This document shows, one piece after another, positions 1 to 14,088 of a DNA stretch of 64,000 nt; the stretch's first letter is position 1, and each line of letters opens with the position of its first letter. The notes below the pieces were generated by a model. That model ran no database searches. It saw only the letters and a program-made list of their open reading frames with translations, and was not told where the DNA came from. Where the stretch lies: NCBI GenBank assembly GCA_951406725.2, contig OX597817.1, positions 28,768,001 to 28,832,000 on the forward strand. The letters run 5' to 3'. This stretch comes from Octopus vulgaris. Lineage: Eukaryota. The position numbers were made by a program, and so were the translations under genes.

Positions 1-390
1 TAATAGTGAGACATGACCATTGATTTCAGTTCATTGGCAGAGACTAGAGGGAAATGAGTCAAATATGAATTGTTTGATGTGCAGTGTTAACCTAATGAAA
101 CTCAGAGAGCATATGTGATTTAAGAGAGTGATTAGAAATTATAGTTTTCAGCTAATGTATGCAGGAAAATTAACTGCTCGGTGAGACAAATGGACAGTGA
201 ATGCTGTGTGAAAAGGTGCAAAATATTAACAGCTGAAAATAACCAATGTAAAGAAGACCTGAGAAAGGCATAGGATGAAGTGGTGAGTCTTATGGAGAAA
301 ATGATAATGGATTGTTACAAGTTTTGTATGCTTAAGGCTGATTATTTTGTGCAGGCCAGCATGATAAAATGCATTCTAAATGAAAACTAA
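1..390 (+). mobile_element. Decayed 3' coding end of an RTE-clade LINE
   Basis: Degenerate translation SET*PL..RLEGNE and ..CVKRCKIL..RPEK..DEVV; parallels the better-preserved RTE copy at 36190-36490. Confidence 0.55.
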
Positions 391-2980
391 TAATGACTAT
401 CATACTTTGTTAGTAGGTTGATTTACTGATAAACACTTGTGGAATTATGCATGCTAAGATATTGAATAACAGTAAACTGATGGAAAATAAATATCATCCT
501 ACATCTGAAAACACAAGTTAAAATAATATGAATCTATAGATTCTTAAAACTAAAAACTGAGACAAGAATCTACATTACCTGTCTATTGTTTACTTTGTCT
601 GGGGTCATTCTAAACTTTCTATAATTGTAAGCTTATCAAATATCGTTTTCATTCTTTCAAATAAAATTGACAATGTGTAGTGGTAATCTGTCTCTTTCTA
701 ATTGAAATCTTTCAGAACATAAATAAATAAAATAAATACAAATGCTAAAAAAAATTAGCAGTTAGGTATAAAAGAAAATAATTTATAAAACAAATTCTAC
801 AAGGAGATACAAATAGATGGTGATTTATTTGATGTTTGCTAAATTTATAGCATCTTCACTTCTGTAATGACAGAATTATAATCACTCTGAATAGAAAAAA
901 GTAGAAACCATAGTATTGTTAATGAATCATTTTCTTCACAAATCAATACAATTACCTGCTACATTCAACACTGGCAAACAAAAATGGAATATGGATAAAC
1001 TATGGCTCATCGAATTAATACATGCTCACATTGGAAATGTTTGCTATTTTAATTCTCATCTGAAGAACAATTATGATTAGGAAATCTCAGTCAGCAAATG
1101 AAGACGAATAGTAGAATAAATAATTTGAAATTCTTTCTTGATATCTTATTGATATGTCTAAAAATGCAAAATTATTTACACTTTTAAAAGTACTTGAATA
1201 TTTACATGTCCCATGTCACAAATTTTAGCATTGCATTCTTTGGTCACCAAATATTTAATATTGTTATTCTTGAAATAGATATTTGGGAATGAGTTACATG
1301 CTAAAAAAGAAGGATATATCTCTTTAATTGTATTTTTCTTCTACTTTGTAGTATTTGTTGCCCTGCTTGGCATCTTCCTTCTTATCTTTCTTAGCTGTGC
1401 TATCATATTGCAAATTAGTATATTTTAATATGGTATTTGCAAGTTCTGAAAATACTTCACATTTAATCAGTTGCTAAAATCTATGCCTGACATGAGAGCA
1501 CTGAAAGTTCACAATTATAAGTTGTTGATAGATAAGATTTTTACCCACTGCATTAAACTGTTAACCCTCTGTCAATCCTATTTTTCTTTGTTTTTATGCT
1601 GGAACATACATTATCTACCTACAAATATGCCAAATATACTTCTAACATAATGTTCTTCTGTTATGCATCTTGCTTCATTCAAGCATCCTTTCTCTTTCTC
1701 ATAATTTTTTGTGTGTACTTTGAAACTCCTTTACTTGCATTTTTTCTTCCAGCCAGAAGTTGCTGTTCCATACTCAATCATCACTGTCTATCAGTTTTGG
1801 CAGATTTTAAAGTGCTGTGGGGTCTGCTTCCCCATATCAGAGTAATAAAAAAAAATTGTAAATGAAAAGCTGTGTTAACTGCAGTAGGATGTAAACTACA
1901 AAAAGCAGTAACTCTTTATCTAACTAATTAGTATAGTAACTGCATAACATGAGTGATTGAGGTGAACCATTTCAGACAGCATTCTTTCAAAATCTGCTTA
2001 AATTTTCTTCCTGTACATATTTAACAGTCATATCTAACAAAACAGAAATTTTGTATGTAGAATCAGAGATTAGTGTTTCAGAAATACACAAATCTATCTC
2101 TGAATTACAACCTTGTCTTCAGAGATAGGAATGTTTACCTAAGATTGTATCCTTAACTCAGCCTTACTTTGAATGGTTTTTGTATTAAATTCAGTGATTA
2201 AATGCACAATTTTATAATATGACATACAACACTTACCGCACTTGGCGACACCTTAATAGTTTTACAAATAATATAAAATAATAAAGGTAGAGAAATATAA
2301 AATAGCATGGCTTTTGCTTAAAACCTAGCAACATTAATGTATAGACACATTTCAAAAGGAATTTTTCAAAGACGTATTTCATTAGCATATTGTTTGATAG
2401 CAGTCAAGGAATTACACTTTTTATGTATGCATAATATTTCAAGCTATTAATTGATAAAAAATATTGATTGCTGACAGGATGGGTCAATTGATTGCTTTCT
2501 CTCTCAATACATTTCAACTTTTACAGCTACTAGATTATTCTTAATTCTCCTATACTTCATAGTCATTTACTATATGTCAGGAGAATTTATTTTTCATGAA
2601 TATGTGTGTGTGTGTGTGTCTATATTTGTATGTATCCTTGTGTCTCTTCCTCCCCGTTTTCTCTCACATGTCCATACATCGAGGGTAATGGAAGTGTGGG
2701 ATAGGGAGAAAGGTAGATTGAAAGATTTCAACTGCTGACTTAAGTTATGGTACAAAAAAAATTGCTATCAATTTATAGATCTAAATGAAACAAGCTGATA
2801 ATATTAATTGAATAAGAAAACTTAAAGATTTAATTAAAAAAATGTTAGTATATATATATGACCTCTTATCTCACTTTCAATCATTCTTTCTGTCTTTGAT
2901 CTTTTTCTCTGTCTCTCTCTGAATGTTTATGTAGCACTGTGTGTGTACAAATATCCACAATGTGTTTATCTGTGTATGCA

Positions 2981-3400
2981 TTCTTTTGCTTGTTTCACTT
3001 ACTGGGCTGTGTCCATACTGGGCCACTGCCTTGAAAGGTTGTAGTTAAACATATAAACTCCAATACTTAATTTTTGAGATCTAGCTTGAGAATTCTATTT
3101 CTGTTGTAACCCTGAGTTATTTGACTAACACAGATATTGTTCAGTTAAATGTTGTTAACGTAATGACGGGTATAAAAGCAAGGAAATATAAATACACATG
3201 CACATATGTACACACATCATATGAATACGTGTGTGTGTGTGTGTATGTGTGTGCACTTGCATGCACATATATGTGCATAAATAGTCACACACACACATGG
3301 CCCAAGACCAATGTTGTAAAGGCTTTCCCAAGATGCCGCAAAGGAGAAGTGAACCAGAGAGTACATAGTGACAGCGTTAAACATCAACTGAGTAAGAGCA
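2981..3400 (-). mobile_element. Old degenerate copy of tRNA-derived SINE family 1
   Basis: Starts with reverse-complement tail ttcttttgcttgtttca, has a central (CA/TG)n block and cccaagatgccgc motif as in 5663-6005. Confidence 0.55.
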
Positions 3401-5093
3401 AATTAATACCATGGTTATAGATTTAACTTTAAAAGTGAATAGTGACAGTAGCTTGAAGGTTTCACTTAAAATAGTCTTTCAAACTTTGAAAAATAGATTT
3501 TGGGAATTTTGTTTCGGGGAAAACTATCATCTCACTTTTATTTTATCAAATGAGAGAGTTATGTATATACGTGTGTGCACGACATATTTTAATGTTGAAA
3601 ACTATCTCTCATACTAACACGAAAATACAGGGATTTTTGAAAGGTGTCAAAGGAGAAGACAAAAAATATTATCTTGCATTACAAAACAGAAGCTTAACCA
3701 TGCTTACTAAAATGTATAAGAACAAATATTGAAGCACCAGTGTCCAACTTATGCATGTGTCTTCCTAGTGTGTAGAGGGAAGCAATACTACATATGATAC
3801 CGCCATCAGTAACAACTTGCCAACTGATTGTGGACTAGAAATATTTCAAATTATATCAAAATCAGATGTTAAAAATATATTTTGAAGTCATCTCATGAAA
3901 TTTATACTGTGTCTGTTAATGTTCGAAACATATTTTTATGACTACAGGAAAGTACAAAATGTGTAAAGAAATTTTCAAAAGAAGCGCATAGGAAATACAT
4001 ATAAAATAGTGGTCACATTTGAGTATTGATGTTTTAAAATATTTCATAATTATATCTATTTATTATCACAAAAGAGAAGCCTTGTCATATATACTGAAAT
4101 ACCTATAATTTGGCATTTGGAACATAGCATGAAAATTTGATAGAAAGTTTTAATTTCAGTCACTTTAAAACAGAAAGTATGTATCATAGCGACAATATTG
4201 AAATGGTTGGCATCAAATAGTTGTTAAAATTGCCTGTGTTTCCCTTTGCATCTTCCTCTTTACTTTCTACCATGGTTATAGATTGTGATATTCTTACAAA
4301 ATTCCCTTGGTGAAATAAAGTTGCTTGTTGAATTAGTTTTCTCTCTCATTGAAACCTTCGAATATATGAAGTGAAAATCTGATTCGATATCTTAATGCAG
4401 GTAATACTATATTTTAGGCATGAATACAAAAATCATATCTAAGAAATTCACTGCAAAATTATTTGATTGGGAGATTTTGTGCGTTATTAATAGTTCTTTA
4501 CAAAAAAAAGCACAACAAAAGAAATTTTGATTTCAGAGGTGTACTTGTTTGGGGAATGAATATTGCGGATATATTTTTATAACAAATATGCATTTATTTA
4601 TTTTGTCTTTGCTTTCTTTTTCTGAGAGTTGAAACATTTTTTCTGTAAAAATCCTTCTTTACTATGAAGAGAGTGTGTACAATTAACTGCACAAGTCTTG
4701 CATCACTGCATGTAATTTATTCACCTGTCTCTTGCTATTATAATCAGGCAACATACCAATTATAAACTGTACTAATACACTAGTGAAATATGGAATACAG
4801 ATTGGAGAGAGTCATTGCATAATTCATTTTTCTGTTAAAAGAGATTTATTGTTTGCAGCTCTATCAAACTTTGTGTCTGTCCAATCAGCTGATGAGCAAT
4901 GCATGTATCATGAAAAAAACTCTGCTCTAGATACTTTTATCATTGTTATCCTTATAGTAGCAGCAAGGGTTTTTGCCAATAAAATCCACAACGAAGGTTC
5001 AATTGTATATTAAAGCATGTTTTTCAATGATAAATGTCTTTTGAAGAAACAATTACTTGAATACTGACTATATGTTCAAATCTTACTTCAGTC

Positions 5094-5494
5094 AGGAGTG
5101 GCTGTGTGGTAAGTAGCTTGTTTACCAACCACATGGTCTCGGGTTCAGTCCCACTGCATGGCACCTTGGGCAAGTGTCTTCTACTATAGTCTCGGGCCGA
5201 CCAAAGCCTTGTGAGTGGATTTGGTAGACGGAAACTGAAAGAAGCCCGTTGTATATATGTTTATATATGCGTGTGTGTGTGTTTGTGTGTCTGTGTTTGT
5301 CCCCCTAGCATTGCATGACAACCGATGCTGGTGTGTTTATGTCCCCGTTACTTAGCAGTTCGGCAAAAGAGACCGATAGAATAAGTACTGGGCTTACAAA
5401 AGAATAAGTCCCGGGGTCGAGTTGCTCGATTAAAGGCGGTGCTCCAGCATGGCCGCAGTCAAATGACTGAAACAAGTAAAAGAGTAAAAGAGAG
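5094..5494 (+). mobile_element. Near full-length tRNA-derived SINE (family 1, octopus type)
   Basis: A-box TGGCTGTGTGG and B-box GGTTCAGTCCC, internal (TA)(TG)n, tail CAAGTAAAAGAGTAAAAGAG; possible TSD AGTCA at 5090-5094 and 5495-5499; CpGs retained, so young. Confidence 0.9.
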
Positions 5495-5662
5495 AGTCAA
5501 CATTGGTAATTGTGACTTAGATTCACTTCTGAAATACTCAAGGCATATGAAGGAAAGGTGTTTATGATATAATTTTGTGAAAGGTTGATAAAGTTTTGAT
5601 AGTTTAGCAAAAGTGTCCATGCATAACCAAACATGCAGGGGTCATATGTTGTTTGCTATATA

Positions 5663-6005
5663 TTTCTTTCTTTACTTGTTTCAGTCATTTGACTGCGGCC
5701 ATGCTGGAGCACCGCCTGTAGTCGAGCAAATCCACCCCGGGACTTATTCTTTGTAAGCCCAGTACTTATTCTATCGGTCTCTTTTTGCCGAACCACTAAG
5801 TGACGGGGACGTAAACACACCAGCATCGGTTGTCAAGCAATGCTAGGGGGACAAACACAGACACACAAACATACACACATACATATATATATATATTTAT
5901 ATACATATATACGACAGGTTTCTTTCAGTTTCCGTCTACCAAATCCACTCACAAGGCATTGGTCAGCCCGAGGCCATAGCAGAAGACACTTTCCCAAGAT
6001 GCCAC
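5663..6005 (-). mobile_element. 5'-truncated SINE family 1 copy, inverted relative to 5094-5494
   Basis: Reverse complement aligns by eye over about 340 bp with about 5160-5485; the tRNA head is missing. Confidence 0.9.
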
Positions 6006-7439
6006 CATTTAGAAGATAACAATGTACTTTCAACATCTAGGGCTTTATTTTAGTGTAATTTTATATATTTTGAGTGGTTCTTTTATTGCACTATCCAACA
6101 TGTTCTTGTATGTCTTGTATGTTATTTTGTAGTGGCCCCATGAGGTGGAATTGCTTAGAAGATCAGGCTGACTACAGCGTGATAGTTGCTCTTCAGTTAT
6201 ATGCATCCTTGTGTTGATTTGGGGCCTGAATGAGGTCATTCACGTTGCTACCATTTTTGGTGTGCATGTAATATAGATTTTGTTTCTTCCTTTATAAATT
6301 GAGAGTGATGAGATTTTTAAATGGTGTTATTATAGTGCCTTGATCATTTGTGTTATAAGTGTGAATGTAGTTTGTAGTAAGGACTGTGATAGTTTAATAA
6401 GACCTACTACAACATTCTTCAGTGTTAATTATGCAGACATCAGTGTTCTTAACCTCTCACTTCTACAACAAAATATTAATCCAGCTCAGCAGTACCAATT
6501 ATCATTTCCATAATTATCTGCTTCAGTATTTTTGAGTCACTTATTGTTTTTTCTTGCTCGTTTCATGTATAGAATTATCCTTACATCTGCACAATAATCT
6601 GCAATATTTTTGACTGAAGTTGTATGGTTGGAAATCTATCCCAATGGAGTTATTTGTATTTCTTTATTTTAAGTTTTGGCTATATATTTTTGTCAGTCTG
6701 GTCTATAGTATTTCAAATATCCTTATATAACTCTTACATTTTTTTGCTTTGCAATAATTGATTACGACTTATTTCTTATATATTTTTTGACAAGTTTGTC
6801 AAAAGTTCATTTTACATTCAATATCAACATGTGGTTCCTTGGAGTTATTGTCTACCAGAATATTTTTTACTTTGTTTTGCAATAGATCTTTCACCTATAT
6901 TATAATGTGTCATGAATGGAGAAGAAGCTCTTCTTATCTTCACTTTTCATTTTCTTGATGTTATCAAGCTATATTAGAACTGGAATTTTTTGCTGCCTCT
7001 CCATGGTTTGCTTCAGGCCTGTATCATCATCATCGTCATTGTCACAGATGCCACCATCACTATCATCATCACCATCATCATCATCAGTAGTTTGTTTTCT
7101 TCTGTGCTTTCACTACACTACTGAGCACAGCTCAGTGCCTCTAGGGTGTGTGAAGTGATTTGTTTCAGTTTTGTACTTTCTATTGTATTGACAGTACTCT
7201 GCAATATGTGTGCATCGTGGTAATATTTCTTGTATTTTATGTTATCGTTATTTACTTTTACTATTTGATAAATGTGTTTCATATTTCTCTCTCTGTATTT
7301 TGGATTTTGTCACTATTTTACTTCATAAAAAAGATGTTTCTTTCTGGTTTATTTGCAAAGAGGCTTCTTAAATTTTGGGAAGCCTACCCCTTTATCTCAT
7401 GGTAGATACAACGTTTGCATTTTAGACATATGATATGCA

Positions 7440-8822
7440 TAGACTCTGTTGGATGTGCATGTATGACAAAGTGCAAATGTATTGAGAGAAAAGTTGAGGA
7501 ATCAAATATAACATGCAAGAGAGAAGATTATTTTGGTTTGGACACATGATGTGTATGAATGAGGACAGCTGCATAAAAAAGTGCCTATCACTAAAAGTGA
7601 ATGATACCCATGGAAGATATGAGATGAAGTGGTTAGGGCCGATCTCAGGATGTTGGATTTCATGGAGGAAATGACAATGGACCGAGATGTCTCGTGATAT
7701 GTGGTCCTTGAGAAGACCCGCCCACATCAGCTAAAATGAGCTCTAGAAGACTGTGTGTTCCATCCACATGTAACAAGGAATCTTTTCACACACCCTACCC
7801 CAACAAACCAAACTACATCTTTATATCCTTTCTCTTCCTCACTATGCTTACCTCCAACTCCTCAATCCTGTCCTCTTGACCCTATTTCACTGTATCATTG
7901 CTATCTCCTAGCTCCCAGCCAGTTTGTTGTTCCACCCACACATAACAAAGAAAACTTTTCACACATCCTACACCAACAAACCGAACTACATCTCTTCCTC
8001 TCATTTCCTCCTTCATGCACTATGCTTACCTCTCACTCCCCAATCCTGTCATCACAACCCTGTTTCTCTGTACCTTTGCTATCTGGTAGCCTCCCCCCCC
8101 CCCCCCGCCTCTATATACCCCGGTTTTCACCACTCACTGCGTTCCTCTCCCCACTCTCAAATCACGCTTCTTTGGCAATGTCCTGCCACTTATATTATGA
8201 CTTTCGAACCTCAAGAGTATGCCCTGGCACTTAGCACCATCTATATCTCCCTCTTCCTGTACTCAGCCATTCTGTTTATATTCTGATCCTCGTCCCTTGT
8301 GAGTATGCCCAGCACTTTGCTACCATCTCTATCCTGCTGTCTCCCTCTCTCTCTCTTCTTCTCCTGCACTTCCTCCAGGTTGGGTAACCATGTATCTCCT
8401 TTATGGAAGTACATGTTTCTGTCCTCATTCCTGATCTCTCTCTCTCTCTCTCTCTCTCTTAAGAACTTTCTTTCTTACTATAACCTTTCATCATCTGACA
8501 CAAGATCACCAACTCCAATGCCCCTCCCTGCTCAAAAGATTTTTGTTTTGAAAGTTACTTGGTGACCCTATAAGTGCAGGTGCTACTTAAAAAGCATCCA
8601 GTCCACACTGTAAAGTACTTGGTATTTGGAAGGGCATCCAGTTGTAAAAATCTTGCCAAAACTGACCTCGCCTGTGCTTGTACCACATAAAAAGCATTTA
8701 GTCCACTCTGCTGGGTGGTTGGTGTTAGGAAGGGTAACCAATTGTAAAACCCTGCCAAAATAGACACAGAAGTTTGGTGTAAGCTTCTGCCTGGCTGGCT
8801 CCTGTCAAACCATTCCACCAAC
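7440..8822 (+). mobile_element. Decayed RTE LINE 3' end with long pyrimidine-rich 3' UTR
   Basis: REKL..MQERRLFWFGHMMCMNEDSCIKKC motif, then CT-rich UTR and ..TAAAAAGCA../TTAGGAAGGG motifs shared with 32590-33378 and 40350-41017. Confidence 0.7.
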
Positions 8823-8934
8823 AAGTATTGTTTTAGTTTGCAGGTTCCGCATTTTGCTAATTTCTATACCAGCTCAGTTTTTCGATAAAATCCATCATCC
8901 ATTTCCCCCAATATTTACACCTGTAGTAGAAACG

Positions 8935-9180
8935 ATTATCATTATTATCACTTGCTATATCAGTTACCAAGCACGTTGTCTTAAGGTTTGGTGACAACAA
9001 ATCTACACAAATTTAAAGGAACTTTTGTTAGGGTTCTTGTGGAATACAGGATTGTACGTTTCTGCAGGTTAACAATGAGAATCTCAATTCCAATATCCTT
9101 CAGCTTCTTTGGTAGCAGTTTGGTCCTTGTGCCAAGTTCACTGCTTATAACAGTACCCTTAACAAATAGTCACCTTTGTA
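8935..9180 (-). mobile_element. C-terminal fragment of R4/Dong-type LINE
   Basis: Minus-strand translation ..LPKKLKDIGIEILIVNLQKRTILYSTRTLTKV, followed by a (TAA/TGA)-like tail. Confidence 0.55.
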
Positions 9181-11080
9181 GCACTATACTGGCAGGTAGT
9201 AAACACAAAAGTGATACTGAATAACGTATGTTCAGATGGAGCTTGCCAGATATTCACATTCTGATGATCTCCAAAGAATACATATCCTGAAGCTGTACTC
9301 CACTTTGCGTGTACATGGGAAAGTAACAGCAGTAAGATTAGTGTTACATAACAGAAATCCTAGCTGTTTTATGGGTGGCTTAAGATCTATTTGAGGTTTT
9401 TTTTTTTGCTTAGAGTGACATAATTATTATTATTTAAATTCTATTTCATTCTACTATGTACTGTATCAGTTATGTCTGTGAATCTGCATGCATGTGTGTG
9501 TGTGTATGTAATAAAAAAAATATTAATATACCTGTATATATATTATTTAATGTCCCTTTATCTACCCCTTGTCTCCTTGTTTTTGTAACACCCTCTGTAA
9601 TACATTGACTTCTCTATATACTTACACCAATGGCTATATAAAGGAAAGTATTGTTCTTTATATTTTTCTCTCTATAATCCATCTTTACTGGGTCAGAGTG
9701 GATAGTTTTATCCAATTCTTTTTCAATGTGGTGTTCATAAAAATAATTCGTTTTTTTCTTTTTATCTCCCGATATCATCTAGTGCAGTTTTATGAGATGA
9801 CCCGTCAGTGTGCAGTGTAGGATATTACAAAATTATCAACATCAGTTACACCTTGTTATATTGCTTCTAGATTTCAATTGCAGGTGTCAATTTTGAAGCT
9901 GCCATTATCATTTACTATCTGTGAATCTTTTCAAAACAAAAGAAAAATAAAAAGTTTAATATCAGTATTATTATCTCTTTTTTTTTTTTTGTTGATTCCT
10001 GAGATAATTACTCTAATGTTTGTTATCAGATAAAATAAAGGATCATCTCTTTACCACATTTCCACATTCTGTAATTGGTTTCGCCTTCACAAAACATTAG
10101 TAAATATCAAGCTGCTTGGCATTCATTGTTTCTAGGTTTTACGATTTAAATCAGTTATATATGTGTCTATGTCTTATTCCAAATGATTTGAAAAATACTC
10201 TTGCTATCTGAATTTTTCTTAATTTTTAGTTTCGAAATTTTTGTGATAATTGATATCAAGCAGTAACTTAGAAATTGCAAAACTTTCAAAATTTCTCTGT
10301 AGAGAAAAATGAGAAATAGTAAACTCTTTTATGCATATACCTTCATTGCTTGTGTGTGTGTGTGGTGGTTAACTGACATAGAAGCATATTTCTTGAATAT
10401 TGTTCTGTTATCATACCAGTGATTTAAATCTGATAGATGATATGATGAAACATTTAATCTGATCTAATATCAAACTCTACCATGCATATCTGGAGCGATG
10501 GATCTTTAGATCATTTAACATATATTGTTTCATTGATTTGTTCAAGCAGAACTGATTGTTCCTAACCGGCAAAAATAACTTCATATAAAAACTCAACTAT
10601 CATTATACACCTCATTATACTAAACTATTTTATATGTCATAATTACTGTAATTTTGACCAGTAACTGTGTAATTTCTAAGTGAACCATGTAAACCAATAT
10701 ATTTTATTATATAATGGAGATACGTTTCAAATGTTTCAGTTATCTTCCTGTGCATTGTATTTGTGTACACATAGTATGTTGGTGTGCATGCTTGTGCAGA
10801 TGTGTTTGTTGTGTTTGAAGAGCTGTCTATGATTTGATTTTACTGGTCTTGGCTTCTATTTTACATGTACAAATGTAAACACACTGTTTAAGTTAGAATA
10901 TATTATCAAATATAGCAAACCTTTCAAAGCACTTCATCACCAAATATCATCTAGGTGTATGTTTAACTAATAAACCTCAAAATGTAAACCTGATAAGATT
11001 AGAGTATTTCAAAATAAATTAGCTCTCAGTTTTAGATGTTTGTAAAAAGACAAACTGAAAATATTGCACCTGTTATTCTA

Positions 11081-11282
11081 ACGAGATAATTTCTACTCTT
11101 CTCCTCTGGAAGCCATCTGCTTGCGATACCAGAGGGCGCACACTCTCCTACCCTGATGTAATCTCCAGGGATACAGGCATCCAGCAACAGGACCTCCGTA
11201 ATGCTATGTTGGACCGTGAAGTCTGGCGTTACATAGTAAATTCCATTGTATCGACCACAGTCGAACAATGATGATGATGATG
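11081..11282 (+). mobile_element. Young 5'-truncated RTE-type LINE with TSD
   Basis: Open frame EIISTLLLWKPSACDTRGRTLSYPDVISRDTGIQQQDLRNAMLDREVWRYIVNSIVSTTVEQ*, running into a (TGA)n tail; ATTCTA duplicated at 11075-11080 and 11283-11288. Confidence 0.85.
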
Positions 11283-12624
11283 ATTCTATCAGTTATTATA
11301 ACATCATTTCTACAGTGACCCAGTCGCCTGTCTTTCATGTCCTTTATGCAGTTTTCAGATGTCAACAAACTGGTTTCATCAGCAACAATACCATATTCTT
11401 TCATATGTACCATGCATTTCAATATTAGTAGTCATATAGAAGTTCTTCCAGTTGCTATACTTTTTAGATATCATGCTATCTTCAGCTCTATCTTCAGCAA
11501 TTTTAAGGTCATCTAGATAAGAGAAATCTATTACCTTAAATCAATTATTACAAATGTTCATGATACTTAGTGATTGGGTTATGTTCCTAATTTTATCAAT
11601 GCTTTGATGCACTTAGAGTTTCTTCACTTTCAGTACATCTGGGAACCCTATTGTACTTTGTGAAAACTTAGTTTGTTCTTTTAACTTTGTATTATTGTGA
11701 GCTTTTGCTACTTATCTGATTTAACAAGATATTGAAATGCACATTATAGGCCAAAAATAATGTTTATTTTCTTCTTCACACTACATGACTCATACCCTAT
11801 CTTCCATTAATGAATATTGGCATGTAAGAAGTTTTCATTTACATTTTGGGCATTGAAATAAGAATAAGAAGGAACATTTTTTCAAGAAATAGTGACAATA
11901 TTTTAATAGAAATAAAGCAACCCAGTGAATTCAGATTATTTTGAACATAAGAAAGAAAGGTATGTCAAGAAATGTTGATGGTAAAAGTGTTTAAAATTAG
12001 ATGTTATATTTTAAAGATGTGTTTACTTTAGTATGAAATTGGTGATACTAACACTAAAAATGATTGTGGTCAATACAAACTAGAAAGACATCATTTATCA
12101 GACCTGGGTGACCTATAGATAAACGTGCATAAAAACATTAACCATTTGAAAGATAATAATGATGAGTTATTTCACACTTCTACTTTGTCCTCCAAACTAT
12201 TCATTGATTTTTTTTCTTGGCTGCTTCTATTATGTTTCTAAAACAAAAGTTATTATCTGACACATCTTTGTTAACATCTTTACAAGTTTTTGTTTTTTAC
12301 TTAGATTCATTTATTGTACATACTTATTTCTTTGCTTTAGAAATATTTATTCTTCATTTGAAATCTTACTGAAATGTCTGTTTTATCTTTTGATGCCATT
12401 CTTTGGCTGTTATAATATTGTTTTACATTACTTGAACCATTAAAATATTACAACCAGCATGAAACTTTTAGCAAAGCTTTTTTTTTCCTCAAGGGTGGTT
12501 CAGACAAGAGTAGTTTATTATACATTCAACATTTCATATACATGCACTAGATTTTTTTGAATTGGTGATGTGAAAAATCAGTTTAGAACTATGTGGAAAA
12601 GAAAGAACAAAAATCGCTAATATA

Positions 12625-13884
12625 TTGTGTCATCCCATAAATAATGCGTTTCTTTATACATCTTTTATTTTCCAAAATTAAGATAAACACAGTTCTTTTT
12701 TAATCTAAAATATACTCTCCTTCATTTTCTACAATGCTCTTCCATCTATCTGGTAGACTTTCAAGGCTCCTCTTTCAAAATTCACATTCCCCCAGTACTG
12801 TTCCGACCTCATCTACAGAATTCCCATTTTTTCTGTCCAAATGATTTTGAAGACTGCAGAATAAATGATAATCAGATGGGGCAATGTCCGGCGAATATGG
12901 TGGGTGGAACATCATTTCCCAGTCAAATTGCTTCAGCCTTTCAAATGTCATCCTCACAGTATATGGCTGAGCATTATCCTGATAGAACATCATCTTTCAT
13001 CTTGAAACCAAAGATGGTTGTTTATCTTCTAGCTGACTTAAGCCACTGAAGCTGTTTGCAGTAGATCTTCTTTGTTAGCGTTTGTTGTGGGTTTAAAAGT
13101 TCAAAGTGGACTAAACCTTTCATTTCCCACCAAACAAATAACAACACCTTACATTGGTGAAGACCTTCTTTAGCCTGGAGTGCCAGTATTTCTCCTTTCC
13201 CTAACCACGGTCTTTGGCGCTTATAGAGAACCCGTTTTGCTTCACCGGTCACTATTCAGTTCAAAAACGGTTGATTCATGAGACGTGACAGGAAAGAAGA
13301 ACACACCTTCACTCTCTGCATGCAATTAGACTCAGAAAGTTTGTGAGGAACCCATTGACTCAATTTGCTGACTTTTTCAATGGCATGCCAGGTATCGATG
13401 AATGGTTAAATGACCAAATCCGAGCTACTCTGCTAGTTCCTCAACTGTTACAATGGGAATTTATTCCACCAGGGCTTGCAAGACGTCCTTGTCAAATTCT
13501 GCAGACTTTCCAGGACAAGGTTCGTCTTCTAGGCTGTAGTTTCCAGCTTGGAATTTCTGAAACCACCGTTGACACTCACTTACACTTATTGTCCGATCCC
13601 CATACACTGCATTAATATTCCCCCCACTTTCCATTGTGTTGTTGCCTTTATTGAACTCTTAAAGCAGAATCTGCTGAATATGCACTTTTATCACTTCCAC
13701 TATAGCTTTGAAACAATAACTGTTACATTTGAACTGCACTCTTCAAACCTTGCACTGAGAATAAGTACAAGGTAAAATTACTACTTACTTTTATAGAAAG
13801 TTCATGCAGGTAGCCTATCCCATCCCCCTCCAACTTTTAGTTCATGCAATTGAAAAAAAATGCATTATTTATGGGATGACCCAA
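12625..13884 (-). mobile_element. Full-length (1260 bp) mariner DNA transposon, inactive
   Basis: TIRs TTG(T/G)GTCATCCCATAAATAATGC at both ends, TA at 12623-24 and 13885-86. Confidence 0.95.
12700..13700 (-). pseudogene. Mariner transposase pseudogene (DD34D type)
   Basis: Motifs WVPHKL, VTGE (for VTGD), QDNAQPY, HPPYSPDIAPSDYHLF, ends EGEYILD*; contains stops and frameshifts; start mutated to GTG. Confidence 0.92.
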
Positions 13885-14088
13885 TATATATATATATATG
13901 AAAATTTTTACGGTAGTATTAAAGTCATCATCCTCCTACTCATCATCTCGATTTGTTGAATGAATACTTTTCCTTGTGGGCTACAGATTCAGCTGATATT
14001 TTGATGAATTTCATAATATGCATCAAAATTTATTTTAAAAACTTACCTGGATGTTTAGTTATCAATTTTATTACTTTCATGAAATTTT

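Noticed and set aside
5094-5165. tRNA gene at SINE heads
   Set aside because: A and B boxes are present but I found no complete cloverleaf, and the head continues into SINE body in several copies
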